DNA from: a virus
Taxonomy: Duplodnaviria > Heunggongvirae > Uroviricota > Caudoviricetes
Direction: 5' to 3' (one strand)
Virus record (IMG/VR): IMGVR_UViG_3300048593_000456
Span: 1 to 26,513 of that record
Length of the DNA: 26,513 nt
Of the stretch, positions 1 through 8,085 are shown piece after piece; position 1 is the first letter of the stretch, and each line of letters begins with the position of its first letter. Below the pieces are notes generated by a model. It had not been told where the DNA came from. It did no database searches and worked only from the letters and a program-made list of their open reading frames with translations. The translations under genes were made by a program, and so were the position numbers.

Positions 1-1
1 T

Positions 2-535
2 AGCGGTAGGGGCCGAATGAATAGTGTTCAGCAAGCCCGTATTGCCCGCACAAAGTTTTTTTTCGAGAATAGAACTAAATTTATCGACCAACTATATGAT
101 GAAGTCGATACGTTTGTTCGTCGATGCAGCAAGCTACAACTAAAACCAGCCTTGCGTCTTAATGGCACAAGCGACCTATTTTGGGAAAAGCTTATTCCGA
201 GCTTGCATTCTGATTTTTCCAATGTACAATGGTATGACTATACCAAAGTGTACAACCGTATGCTACGATTTATCGACGGTGATTTTCCTAAGAATTATCA
301 CTTGACATTTTCACTATCCGAGGTAAACTTTGAGCAATCGCTAGACGTTATTCAACGTGGTGGCAATGTAGCAGTAGTTTTCCGCAATAAGGATATTCCT
401 ACGGGGTGGCTAGGATACAAAGTACACAACGCTGATAAAACCGATCTTCGTTTTCTTGATCCTCATGGCTGGCAAGGATTGTATGCCAAGGGTAAAGCTA
501 AACGTGAGACTAAAGGTTTTGTTGTGGAGAACTAA
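2..535 (+). CDS. Gp88-like phage protein, 5' truncated
   Basis: Frame is open from the window start (SGRGRMNS...). Motifs LRLNGTSD, WYDYTK, NYHLTFS, GGNVAVVF, DLRFLDP, GLYAKGKAK recalled from the phage Gp88-like family. Confidence 0.7.
   Translation, partial: SGRGRMNSVQQARIARTKFFFENRTKFIDQLYDEVDTFVRRCSKLQLKPALRLNGTSDLFWEKLIPSLHSDFSNVQWYDYTKVYNRMLRFIDGDFPKNYHLTFSLSEVNFEQSLDVIQRGGNVAVVFRNKDIPTGWLGYKVHNADKTDLRFLDPHGWQGLYAKGKAKRETKGFVVEN
302..329 (+). promoter_or_regulatory. possible sigma70-type promoter (inside CDS)
   Basis: TTGACA-N16-TAAACT. Confidence 0.4.
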
Positions 536-592
536 ATGATTATAATAATAATCGCGGTAGTTTTAATTCTTATCGAGGAAAGATAATACTTT

Positions 593-665
593 GGGAAGTT
601 AGCTCATTGGTTAGAGTACGGCTCTTATAAGGCTGCGGTAATTGGTTCGATTCCAATACTTCCTA
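593..665 (+). tRNA. tRNA-Ile(TAT)
   Basis: Acceptor GGGAAGT/ACTTCCT, D arm GCTC/GAGT, anticodon stem CGGCT/GGCTG with loop CT-TAT-AA, T arm ATTGG-TTCGATT-CCAAT. No encoded CCA. Confidence 0.9.
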
Positions 666-709
666 CTTGTTAGATAATTTTTTTGTTACTATTTTTTGGA
701 GTTTAAAAA

Positions 710-1207
710 ATGAAAATTCACGACGTATTGGCCAGCATTGATTCGGCAAAAATTGTTTCTTTGAGGACTAAAACTCAATGTAAGCTACTGGCAAAATCAA
801 AAGTGCAATTTCCGAAGGGTGTAAGCAAAATTTCCACACGCAATGGAATCATTGGTGCAAGCTACGAAAATGCCGTCAATAACGCACTCAAGCGAGAAGG
901 TGAAGTACCGGACTTCAAAGCCGAATCGCTCTGGAAAGGGCAAGGACGTAGAGTTAGTAAATTCATCGTCCAGCATATGGATACTCAAAAGCAGTATCTA
1001 GCGTTTATGCCTAAAACTAATGTTGACGGGCACAATGTTACAAAGTCGGTTTATATCGACAATGCTACGGGACTTGAAGTATCCTATGAGAATATCAAGG
1101 ATTATATGCCAAGCTACGGCACCAATTCATCCGGAGTAAATTGGCAAGTTATCGAGCTTACTAACGTTATCGGGCTGAAATCTGGCGATATCGAATTCAG
1201 TGTTTAG
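710..1207 (+). CDS. hypothetical phage protein (165 aa)
   Basis: Long ORF with GGAG RBS upstream. Confidence 0.8.
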   Translation: MKIHDVLASIDSAKIVSLRTKTQCKLLAKSKVQFPKGVSKISTRNGIIGASYENAVNNALKREGEVPDFKAESLWKGQGRRVSKFIVQHMDTQKQYLAFMPKTNVDGHNVTKSVYIDNATGLEVSYENIKDYMPSYGTNSSGVNWQVIELTNVIGLKSGDIEFSV

Positions 1208-1214
1208 AACAAAT

Positions 1215-1269
1215 GGCGCATTCGTATAGTGGTATTACACTATGATTTGCACCCATGCGTCTTTTTTTT
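1215..1269 (+). pseudogene. tRNA relic lacking the T arm, followed by T8 (possible terminator)
   Basis: GGCGCAT/ATGCGTC acceptor-like stem, D arm GTA-TAGTGGTAT-TAC, loop-like TT-TGC-AC, no T arm, then 8 T. Confidence 0.55.
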
Positions 1270-1270
1270 G

Positions 1271-1298
1271 TTGACAAGTACAAACATTCTGTTATAAT
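1271..1298 (+). promoter_or_regulatory. sigma70-type promoter
   Basis: TTGACA-N16-TATAAT, TG extended -10. Confidence 0.85.
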
Positions 1299-1314
1299 AT
1301 AGAAAGAAAAAATA

Positions 1315-1485
1315 ATGACCACAAGAATCATTTTGTCAAGCAAAAGAGTAATTAAAACACTCGAATATGCTTCTAGTTTTTTTGTATACGTAAAATCCGG
1401 TGCTGGTAATTCGGAAGTAGTTCATGGTCCTTATGATAAGGATGACAAAAGATTTTCTACTGTGATTAACAATAGTACCTTTTGA
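1315..1485 (+). CDS. small hypothetical protein (56 aa)
   Basis: Read by hand: MTTRIILSSKRV...; first ATG after the promoter. Confidence 0.55.
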   Translation: MTTRIILSSKRVIKTLEYASSFFVYVKSGAGNSEVVHGPYDKDDKRFSTVINNSTF

Positions 1486-1504
1486 GTATTAGGATGACTA
1501 AGCT

Positions 1505-1663
1505 ATGGATGATTACAAAAAAATTCTTCATTCTTGCGGTGTAGGCGGTATTAAATGCAAATGCTGTCAACCACGAAAGAAAAAAAATAAAAAGGATCGC
1601 AAACATAACCGATCAACGCGAAGAAAACTAAAACAGGTTTCCGAAAAACAAAATCCTTTATAG
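1505..1663 (+). CDS. small basic Cys-rich protein (52 aa)
   Basis: Read by hand: MDDYKKILHSCGVGGIKCKCCQPRKKK...; AGGA upstream. Confidence 0.6.
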   Translation: MDDYKKILHSCGVGGIKCKCCQPRKKKNKKDRKHNRSTRRKLKQVSEKQNPL

Positions 1664-1683
1664 AAAGGAAAGAGGACAGGAAA

Positions 1684-1875
1684 ATGAAACTCTACAACGT
1701 ATTGTATCGTCCGAAAAATGCTAAGCCTCTGGACGTTGAAATATTCCAATGCATGGCCGAGGATTATGACCACGCTGAGGAACAAGCAGAGGACGCTAAC
1801 GACGGTTGTGGCATTCTCTGGATAGATAATGAGCAAGATCCCGAGCAAACATTGCAGAACTGGCTATCATCATAG
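1684..1875 (+). CDS. hypothetical phage protein (63 aa)
   Basis: AGGA RBS; AEDYDHAEEQAEDA motif typical of small phage proteins. Confidence 0.75.
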   Translation: MKLYNVLYRPKNAKPLDVEIFQCMAEDYDHAEEQAEDANDGCGILWIDNEQDPEQTLQNWLSS

Positions 1876-1892
1876 TTCTGAAAACATAAGCT

Positions 1893-1927
1893 AGCCCGTT
1901 GCATTTAGTTGCTTCGGGCTTTTTTTA
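1893..1927 (+). terminator. Rho-independent terminator
   Basis: AGCCCG...CGGGCT hairpin followed by a T tract. Confidence 0.75.
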
Positions 1928-1943
1928 TTTCTACGTCTGAAAC

Positions 1944-2408
1944 GTCCGAATAATTCGGACTCGCACAATGTATTTTAACCACGGAACATCCGATGTACCC
2001 CGTGCAGTATTTACGCACCGCGAGTTTATCTGGTTGGATACCTGATCCTGCCAGATTGGGTAGACTTGGGGAACAAGGAATGTTTACCTTATTACTCTCT
2101 ATGGCTATACCTTTTATTCGGTATCCAACACAGCCGAGTCGTTCTCCAACGTTGCTCGGATTTTTTTGTTATAGCCTAGAAAGATTTAGCGTTTGCGAGA
2201 CGCTCTGGTTGTCACTGCCCGACGCAGCACTTTATTGGCACTACTAATGCCTCACCCCTCACTTACATTACTTTGTTATTTAACTTGGTTCCTTTTTGTT
2301 CTTGGACAGAACGGGCGAAAGCTCCAGCGAAACGCAACCCAGATCGTAATGTAGAATGAAAAAAGTAACAGTATGCCGGAAACCCATTCACATGCATACC
2401 TTTGTCCA
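1944..2408. other. non-coding, helix-rich region (candidate ncRNA or DNA structural element)
   Basis: Many inverted repeats (GTCCGAA/TTCGGAC, GTTGGATACC/GGTATCCAAC, CCGAG/CTCGG, AGCGT/ACGCT, GTATGC/GCATAC, TGGACA/TGTCCA); no convincing ORF. Confidence 0.45.
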
Positions 2409-2413
2409 GTTGT

Positions 2414-2441
2414 ATTATAGCATGAATTTGGGCGAATTCAA
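2414..2441 (-). promoter_or_regulatory. leftward sigma70-type promoter
   Basis: Minus strand TTGAAT-N16-TATAAT with TG extended -10. Confidence 0.6.
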
Positions 2442-2458
2442 CTGCTTTCGGGACTTTT

Positions 2459-2665
2459 TTAGAGAATTTCCCGCATTAATTTAACAAATTTTATAGAATT
2501 TAGGCATAAATCGCCCGCAGAAGCTTCAATTATAGATGTTTTACAGTCAAAACATATGTTAACTACCGGGCTTTTAGGTTTTTCTAGCCCGATTTGCCCC
2601 CAATTATATAAATTAGGGCGATATTTCTGTAGTTGTTTTTTCTCTCCACACAGTTCGCACTTCAT
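2459..2665 (-). CDS. small zinc-finger-like protein (68 aa)
   Basis: CxxC...CxxC (CELC, CFDC); minus-strand TGCTATAAT extended -10 just upstream (2672-2680). Confidence 0.65.
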   Translation of the reverse strand: MKCELCGEKKQLQKYRPNLYNWGQIGLEKPKSPVVNICFDCKTSIIEASAGDLCLNSIKFVKLMREIL

Positions 2666-2754
2666 GCTTATATTATAGCAACGACTGCTTAAAAATTAGG
2701 CAACCCTAGAAAAATTTATGCTGCACAATTTTTGAGCATTTGCCCGAATTCGAC

Positions 2755-2782
2755 TTGACATTTTTTTATGGCGATGTATACT
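2755..2782 (+). promoter_or_regulatory. sigma70-type promoter
   Basis: TTGACA-N16-TATACT. Confidence 0.8.
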
Positions 2783-2828
2783 TAGGGAGTAGAAATTTGC
2801 TTCGCTTAATTTTCAAGGGAGATTGATT

Positions 2829-2981
2829 ATGTTGTGGAAAGTATATGCTGATGGAAACCTAATAGATATAGTAGAAGCCAGTTCAAAAGAACATGCTATT
2901 GCAAAAGTAAAAGTAACTATGGTTGCTGAGGGTCAGTGCGATACTATCGAAGGATTAGTTTTTGGGGCTAGAATATACTAG
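2829..2981 (+). CDS. small hypothetical protein (50 aa)
   Basis: Read by hand: MLWKVYADGNLIDIVEASSKEHAIAKVK...; GGGAG RBS. Confidence 0.65.
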   Translation: MLWKVYADGNLIDIVEASSKEHAIAKVKVTMVAEGQCDTIEGLVFGARIY

Positions 2982-3012
2982 AATTTTTTCATTCTATATA
3001 AAGGAAATAACA

Positions 3013-3255
3013 ATGACTGATAACAAACTATATGATTTAATAGTGAAACAAAAGGATTTTATCTTAGAACTAATAAAACAAGGCAAAATCAATGAAGCTA
3101 CAGCATCTTATGAAACCGTTAAAGACTTATGGATATCAGGACAGTATTTCTCTGCATACATACAAATCCAAAAAAAGTTAGTTTCTTTGCATGATAAAAG
3201 AATGTCCGACGCTAAGAAATCTTTCGCGGAAGAAGTACTCATTACTGGTCGCTAA
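3013..3255 (+). CDS. hypothetical protein (80 aa)
   Basis: AAGGA RBS before ATG 3013 (track starts earlier at TTG). Confidence 0.7.
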   Translation: MTDNKLYDLIVKQKDFILELIKQGKINEATASYETVKDLWISGQYFSAYIQIQKKLVSLHDKRMSDAKKSFAEEVLITGR

Positions 3256-3489
3256 GTAACTATTTATAGGCCCGTATTTTTTAAACATAGCTTATGGCGG
3301 AATAATTCACATTAGCAGGCCCGCAAACTGTAAAATCGCCCGAGAGCAATATATGCAAAAACATTGGGTTTTTTGATTTTAGGTGTTTTTTTTGGAAGGG
3401 GGATATAAACCCTGACGGTATATTATTGAAAATGCATAATGGCGTAGATTCTGCCCATGACCTCTATTTTTTTTGTTTCCACACTAAAA

Positions 3490-3520
3490 TCGTAAGTCAT
3501 TACGCCGCAAGGAGTTACGA
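3490..3520. repeat. imperfect palindrome TCGTAAGTC...GAGTTACGA
   Basis: TCGTAA/TTACGA arms; resembles the CGTAAGTC..GACTTACG palindromes I recall from Planctomycetota and their phages (not searched). Confidence 0.4.
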
Positions 3521-3549
3521 AAAATGCCTAAAAAGTTTTTACTAAGCTC

Positions 3550-3577
3550 TTGCGTTTCGAATCTGCCGTGGTATAAT
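3550..3577 (+). promoter_or_regulatory. sigma70-type promoter
   Basis: TTGCGT-N16-TATAAT, TG extended -10. Confidence 0.6.
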
Positions 3578-3583
3578 GATGGC

Positions 3584-3817
3584 ATGAAAACAACGCTCAC
3601 AAAAACAACCAAGCCAACACTCAAAACACTACTGGAACACTTTTTCATTCCATATTTAGACTTCCAAAAGAGCAGAATACCAACGAAAAGACAGGGATTT
3701 TGTTTGTGGGGTGTGTTTGTAAGACTTACACAACACAACCACCCTCAACCGCCCCTTTTTATCCTTATTCTCTTATTGTTAGCGTTAGCTTACTATTTAT
3801 TTTGCTGGTTTTTTTGA
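3584..3817 (+). CDS. possible small protein with hydrophobic C-terminus
   Basis: ATG directly after the promoter, but low-complexity A/C and G/T tracts make it doubtful. Confidence 0.3.
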   Translation: MKTTLTKTTKPTLKTLLEHFFIPYLDFQKSRIPTKRQGFCLWGVFVRLTQHNHPQPPLFILILLLLALAYYLFCWFF

Positions 3818-3848
3818 TTTCTCGATAAAAAATTTTTTCACAAAAGAC

Positions 3849-3876
3849 TTGACAAGACGGTTTTAAGATATAAAAT
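3849..3876 (+). promoter_or_regulatory. sigma70-type promoter
   Basis: TTGACA-N16-TAAAAT. Confidence 0.75.
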
Positions 3877-3991
3877 GTTACTACAACACGAGAACATTAC
3901 TTTACCAATGTTTTCACTGATGAAACTTGTTGTTTCGTCAAACGATAGGTACGATTTTTTTACTTTTATTTAGTCTCAGGAGACTTAAATT

Positions 3992-4267
3992 ATGGCCAAG
4001 ACCAAGAACTCTGTTGGAATCGAAACGTTTGTTCAAAAGTGGATGGAGCATGTCCACAAGGGATCGAACATTGAATCGCTCGCCGTAGAGCTTCAACAAA
4101 AGCCCGCAAGCGTTTACCAACGTTCACGCGATGTATCGGAAAAGCTTGTGGACAAAGGACTTACGAAGCTTCCACACCTGCCTATGAGTGTCCGTAAGGA
4201 ACGTACTTTTGACGTAGACAAGCTGGCACAACTGCTTGGATGCTCACGAACTGAGCAGACTGCTTAA
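3992..4267 (+). CDS. hypothetical protein, possible helix-turn-helix (91 aa)
   Basis: AGGAG RBS; IESLAVELQQKPASVYQR has an HTH-like pattern. Confidence 0.75.
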   Translation: MAKTKNSVGIETFVQKWMEHVHKGSNIESLAVELQQKPASVYQRSRDVSEKLVDKGLTKLPHLPMSVRKERTFDVDKLAQLLGCSRTEQTA

Positions 4268-4402
4268 GTTATAGGCAATCGTTTGCATAATAACCCGGCA
4301 GCTAACCATGCTGTCGGGTGGAATGGCCGACTTACTACACAGTCATACCATATGGTTTTTTCCCTGAAAATGGAATGCTTCGCTTATATTAATACTAACA
4401 CT

Positions 4403-4609
4403 ATGTATGTTTTAAAAAGAGAAAATGTAGATGCAATTCATACTGAGGATGTATTTAAAAAACGTCCGACAAAGGAAGAGTTGTACGGATACATCATTCA
4501 GTATTTTGATCATCAAAAATCTTTAGATGCAGCACAAGAATTAGAAGATAGCGGATATGCCTCTATGAACGATATGTCTTGCACTCAATTTGAACTTTAT
4601 ATGGCGTGA
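4403..4609 (+). CDS. hypothetical protein (68 aa)
   Basis: In-frame ATG chosen within the track ORF 4283..4609; start uncertain. Confidence 0.55.
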   Translation: MYVLKRENVDAIHTEDVFKKRPTKEELYGYIIQYFDHQKSLDAAQELEDSGYASMNDMSCTQFELYMA

Positions 4610-4610
4610 A

Positions 4611-4916
4611 ATGGGTAACATAATCGGAGTCAGAGTATCACTTAACGAAGTCTACGAATACTTTGATGATTATAATCTCAAAGAATTAAAAAATTCATAC
4701 TTTGAAAGTGAATCTATCAAACCGTATATAGCTTTAGATGGAATTCAGGTTGAGATCTATCGTTTTTACAAAAAAGACGAACACACAAAGGCTAAATCTA
4801 AATCTATCCTGTTTTGTATTTCATATGCTGATTTAATTAACTCTGATTGTTACGTAAGTTTTCTTGAAGAAAAAATGAACTTGCACTTGACAAAGCTGAG
4901 AGAAGAGGTAAAATAA
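4611..4916 (+). CDS. hypothetical protein
   Basis: ATG 1 nt after the previous stop. Confidence 0.65.
   Translation: MGNIIGVRVSLNEVYEYFDDYNLKELKNSYFESESIKPYIALDGIQVEIYRFYKKDEHTKAKSKSILFCISYADLINSDCYVSFLEEKMNLHLTKLREEVK
4887..4914 (+). promoter_or_regulatory. sigma70-type promoter
   Basis: TTGACA-N16-TAAAAT at the end of the upstream CDS. Confidence 0.65.
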
Positions 4917-5033
4917 CACACGATATGGGAATTACCATATCGCAACTTGCCGTGGCAATTAAAGGCGGAAAACCTACAATTTGTGTTTGTATTGTTTTAA
5001 CAGTATTTATGGAAGAATAAGTATTAGACAAAA

Positions 5034-5240
5034 ATGAATATTAATACCATTAAAGAACTAAAAGATTTTATCAAAAACATTGATGACGACACAAAAGTTA
5101 GGATATACGTAGAAGTATATGGTGAGACTCGTAGTGTTTTAGCTTCAATTTTCTCAAAAGAAACACTTATTGAGGAAGAATACAATTTATGCGAAAATAA
5201 AGACGTACTTCCGATGTTAATGTTTTCTCCTAAATGGTGA
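5034..5240 (+). CDS. hypothetical protein (68 aa)
   Basis: ORF track; co-oriented gene string. Confidence 0.7.
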   Translation: MNINTIKELKDFIKNIDDDTKVRIYVEVYGETRSVLASIFSKETLIEEEYNLCENKDVLPMLMFSPKW

Positions 5241-5258
5241 AATAGAGTTTATAAAACT

Positions 5259-5666
5259 ATGAATACAACAGATAACATTTCTACTCGCGGTTTAAAACTT
5301 GCTAGGATTCTAGATAACGATCATGGTAAGCTAGAACTAATTCTAGGCTATATCGATCTTGAAAACGAAGTTGAAGAACTTCGCAAGAAACAGGTTTCAA
5401 ATGAGGATCTGTGGCCTACAATTGAATTTAACAATATCTGCCAGATTGAATTAGATTCAGACGATGAAGGTTTTTTACGCAAGCAGTTTGATGAAAAAAC
5501 TTTTATCGAATCTTTGTCTGCTTTAACAGGTTTTGATATCAGGATTATATGTAGTCCTATTCCTAAAGAATTAGGTTTATATATGGTAAAAATTGTATAT
5601 AAACAAGGAGACAATGCTTTACAAGGAACTATAAGACTATGGGTTGTTCCTATTATTAAAACTTAA
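5259..5666 (+). CDS. hypothetical protein (135 aa)
   Basis: ORF track; tight packing. Confidence 0.75.
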   Translation: MNTTDNISTRGLKLARILDNDHGKLELILGYIDLENEVEELRKKQVSNEDLWPTIEFNNICQIELDSDDEGFLRKQFDEKTFIESLSALTGFDIRIICSPIPKELGLYMVKIVYKQGDNALQGTIRLWVVPIIKT

Positions 5667-5675
5667 AGAGTTAAA

Positions 5676-5864
5676 ATGATTCGAAAAACAGACATTTTTA
5701 TAAATGCAATCGGTTGTGCAATCGGTCTAACATTATCTAATTTTACCATTCAATATTTTACAAGTGAAAATTATATTCTAGCAATTGACCGCAGCTTTTT
5801 TCAACTTGTCGCATTATTTACTATTTTTATTTTAAAGGCGTTAGACAATGAACAGAATAGATAG
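5676..5864 (+). CDS. small membrane protein (62 aa)
   Basis: Two hydrophobic stretches. Confidence 0.65.
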   Translation: MIRKTDIFINAIGCAIGLTLSNFTIQYFTSENYILAIDRSFFQLVALFTIFILKALDNEQNR

Positions 5865-6054
5865 AATTAAAAATAAAGAAGCGGCCCGTGTACTTTTAGT
5901 AACCGCCGACAATATGATACGCACGGCATTTGAAAAAATGTATGATACAGGAATGCTTGAAACAGGATATCATAACGAAATTCTTTCATGCATGTCTACT
6001 GTTATTTCTCTTAATACTCAATCCATGATTAATGATGAAAAGAAAAAACAATAG
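5848..6054 (+). CDS. hypothetical protein (68 aa)
   Basis: Overlaps the previous stop; ORF track. Confidence 0.65.
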   Translation: MNRIDRIKNKEAARVLLVTADNMIRTAFEKMYDTGMLETGYHNEILSCMSTVISLNTQSMINDEKKKQ

Positions 6055-6157
6055 TGATCTTTGGTTTCTGCTTGATATAGCGTTCATTCTAACGTTATTT
6101 TTCGGCCCGACTATCTATGTTCTAATAATGGTTTATATAACTAACTGGGGGATATAA
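6032..6157 (+). CDS. small membrane peptide (41 aa)
   Basis: Read by hand: MMKRKNNSDLWFLLDIAFILTLFFGPTIYVLIMVYITNWGI; TAATG coupling to the next gene. Confidence 0.5.
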   Translation: MMKRKNNSDLWFLLDIAFILTLFFGPTIYVLIMVYITNWGI

Positions 6158-6402
6158 TGGGTGTATCTATGAATGCTGAAAATTGTCCTCACTGTGGAAA
6201 AAAATGCCAATATGCAGAATATGCTTTTAATAATGCAGTTACTTACAGAAACGATGTAGTTGTTTTAACAACTTGCTGTGATAATTTTGTAAGACTTAGT
6301 CCTGTTTATTTTGTTTCTATATCTAAAAGTAACGGCAGGGACGACTTTGATGGCCCTGTTGATGATTGGGGTCTTTCTCGGAAAAATTCAGTTGACAGTT
6401 GA
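6157..6402 (+). CDS. small zinc-ribbon-like protein (81 aa)
   Basis: CPHC...TCC motifs. Confidence 0.7.
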   Translation: MGVSMNAENCPHCGKKCQYAEYAFNNAVTYRNDVVVLTTCCDNFVRLSPVYFVSISKSNGRDDFDGPVDDWGLSRKNSVDS

Positions 6403-6419
6403 GTTTTGTGTGGTATAAA
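6392..6419 (+). promoter_or_regulatory. sigma70-type promoter
   Basis: TTGACA-N16-TATAAA, TG extended. Confidence 0.65.
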
Positions 6420-6498
6420 TGGGATGTTCAGCCGCTGTATTTCAAGATGATAGTATTTGTAACTTGGATCAATTAATTCCTATGGAGAATAAAATAAC

Positions 6499-6861
6499 AT
6501 GATTGAAATTCCAGAAGATCCGCAATTAGTATTTGATAAAGTAGCCGAACATCTTCTAACTCAAAAAGAAAGAAGTGAATATTCTCCAAATTACCAGTGC
6601 TTATATCGTAGTCCGAAAGGTCTAAAATGTGCGGCTGGATGTTTAATTCCTGATAGTGATTATAAAGAAGAAATGGAAAAAAAACCTTGGAATATATTGG
6701 TGTCAAGTGGAATTGTTCCAGCTACTAATATGTATCTCATACGTAGATTACAGCGTATTCATGACGTTTTCTATCCTATCCAATGGCCTACTAAATTGCA
6801 TCAACTTGCTACGGAAATGAATCTATGTAAATCTATTCTTACTAAAGTACATAAAGGATAA
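6499..6861 (+). CDS. phage protein, paralog family A copy 1
   Basis: VFDKV..HLLxQ, CxYRxxxGxKCAAGCLIPD, LQxIHD, WP motifs shared with 10428 and 12536; GGAG RBS. Confidence 0.8.
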   Translation: MIEIPEDPQLVFDKVAEHLLTQKERSEYSPNYQCLYRSPKGLKCAAGCLIPDSDYKEEMEKKPWNILVSSGIVPATNMYLIRRLQRIHDVFYPIQWPTKLHQLATEMNLCKSILTKVHKG

Positions 6862-6865
6862 TATT

Positions 6866-7231
6866 ATGAATGATAACAATCTAGACAGATTCAAAAAAAC
6901 TTTTAGCTATAAGAGCTTAACTCTAACACATGATTTACAAGAAGTAGGTTTTTGGAATGTTCGTGGTGAAGATGCTAATGCCGATATGGGCGGAAGTCAT
7001 TACATGCCCGATTTAGGAACATACGAAGGAAAACTCGAAGATGTTTTAGCATATGCTGTTCTTTTGCCAAGATTTTGGACTTGGGGTGGTGGCGGCGATA
7101 TTACTAAAGTTGAAGTTATTAAAATTGATTCTTCCAGCAGTCCAAAGCTTATAGAAGCACAGAAAAAAGTAAAAGATCTTGAGGAAGAATTAAGAAAGGC
7201 AAAATTAGCACTTTCATATAAAAACGCTTGA
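6866..7231 (+). CDS. conserved phage hypothetical protein (121 aa)
   Basis: GEDxNADMGGSH.MPDLG.YEG.LEDV..YAV.LP.FW.WGGGG pattern recalled from tailed phages. Confidence 0.75.
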   Translation: MNDNNLDRFKKTFSYKSLTLTHDLQEVGFWNVRGEDANADMGGSHYMPDLGTYEGKLEDVLAYAVLLPRFWTWGGGGDITKVEVIKIDSSSSPKLIEAQKKVKDLEEELRKAKLALSYKNA

Positions 7232-7255
7232 CAAAAACGATTGATGCTGTAAAAT
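7228..7255 (+). promoter_or_regulatory. sigma70-type promoter
   Basis: TTGACA-N16-TAAAAT; the TGA stop of the upstream gene lies inside the -35. Confidence 0.8.
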
Positions 7256-7311
7256 AACCGTATCGGTTCTGATAACTTTTTAAGATAATCATTGTTTTTG
7301 AGGTTTTGAAA

Positions 7312-7653
7312 ATGATTGTTTATAGAATAGAAAAAAATGGTCTCGGGCCTTATCGCCTTTCCTCTGGAAATACGACTAAGCTTTACAATAAACTTCATAA
7401 ACATCATTGGTGCGATAGACATCCTACACCTATTAATGATGGCATAAAAGATTTTCGTCCTAACGATCATATCTTTGGATTTTCTTCCTTAGAGCAACTA
7501 AAAAAATGGTTTCTTGGATCAAGGGCGGAACTTCGAAGAAACGGATACCTTATGGTATCATATGATGTATCGCCTCAAGAAGTTTTACATGGAAATCTAC
7601 AGGTTGTATTTCCAAAAAATAGTTATAAACTTAAAACTACAAGGATTCCTTAA
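7312..7653 (+). CDS. conserved phage hypothetical protein
   Basis: GAGG RBS; YRIE..G.GPY...HP.P..D...FGFSS.EQL.KWF pattern. Confidence 0.75.
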   Translation: MIVYRIEKNGLGPYRLSSGNTTKLYNKLHKHHWCDRHPTPINDGIKDFRPNDHIFGFSSLEQLKKWFLGSRAELRRNGYLMVSYDVSPQEVLHGNLQVVFPKNSYKLKTTRIP

Positions 7654-7654
7654 A

Positions 7655-8002
7655 ATGACAACTTTTACAAAAGAAGAAGAACTACAATTTACTACAGCCA
7701 ATGCAATCGCTTATGATTTATTGCGATTCAATGATCCTGAAACTACTCATCCTTGCTGGCTTTGCATGAGCGATGAAGCTAAAAATCAAGCAAGACTTAA
7801 TACTGTAGAATGGCTAAATATAAATGACCCCCTATTTCCTGTAAATTATAAAACACTGGATGCTTTTTGCGAGCGAAAATTCAAGGATTCAACACAGCAT
7901 TTGGTTGAAAAATGGAAAGAGGTAGAGCTTGCTGCTAAAAAAGAAAGGGAATTAAATAATCCTCTGGCTTTTTTTATGTTCAATAAGCCGCATAAGGATT
8001 AA
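7655..8002 (+). CDS. hypothetical protein (115 aa)
   Basis: AAGGA RBS before ATG 7655 (track start 7514 overlaps the previous gene). Confidence 0.7.
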   Translation: MTTFTKEEELQFTTANAIAYDLLRFNDPETTHPCWLCMSDEAKNQARLNTVEWLNINDPLFPVNYKTLDAFCERKFKDSTQHLVEKWKEVELAAKKERELNNPLAFFMFNKPHKD

Positions 8003-8040
8003 TATAACAAAGAAAATTTTACCGCAAAGCCAAAATTGTC

Positions 8041-8068
8041 TTGACAAATATCCGAACCGTGTTAAAAT
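8041..8068 (+). promoter_or_regulatory. sigma70-type promoter
   Basis: TTGACA-N16-TAAAAT, TG extended. Confidence 0.85.
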
Positions 8069-8085
8069 GGTGACAAGGAGACAAA

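Noticed and set aside
1993-2247. 84-aa ORF
   Set aside because: No RBS, atypical composition, lies in the helix-rich non-coding block
4293-4345. 10-bp hairpin ACCCGGCAGC/GCTGTCGGGT followed by a tRNA-like GGAATGGCCGA
   Set aside because: No T tract for a terminator and no T arm or acceptor partner for a tRNA; left unannotated
4921-4942. 8-bp hairpin CGATATGG/CCATATCG at a predicted TSS
   Set aside because: Single hairpin that also encodes a possible 31-aa peptide; no further support for a riboswitch
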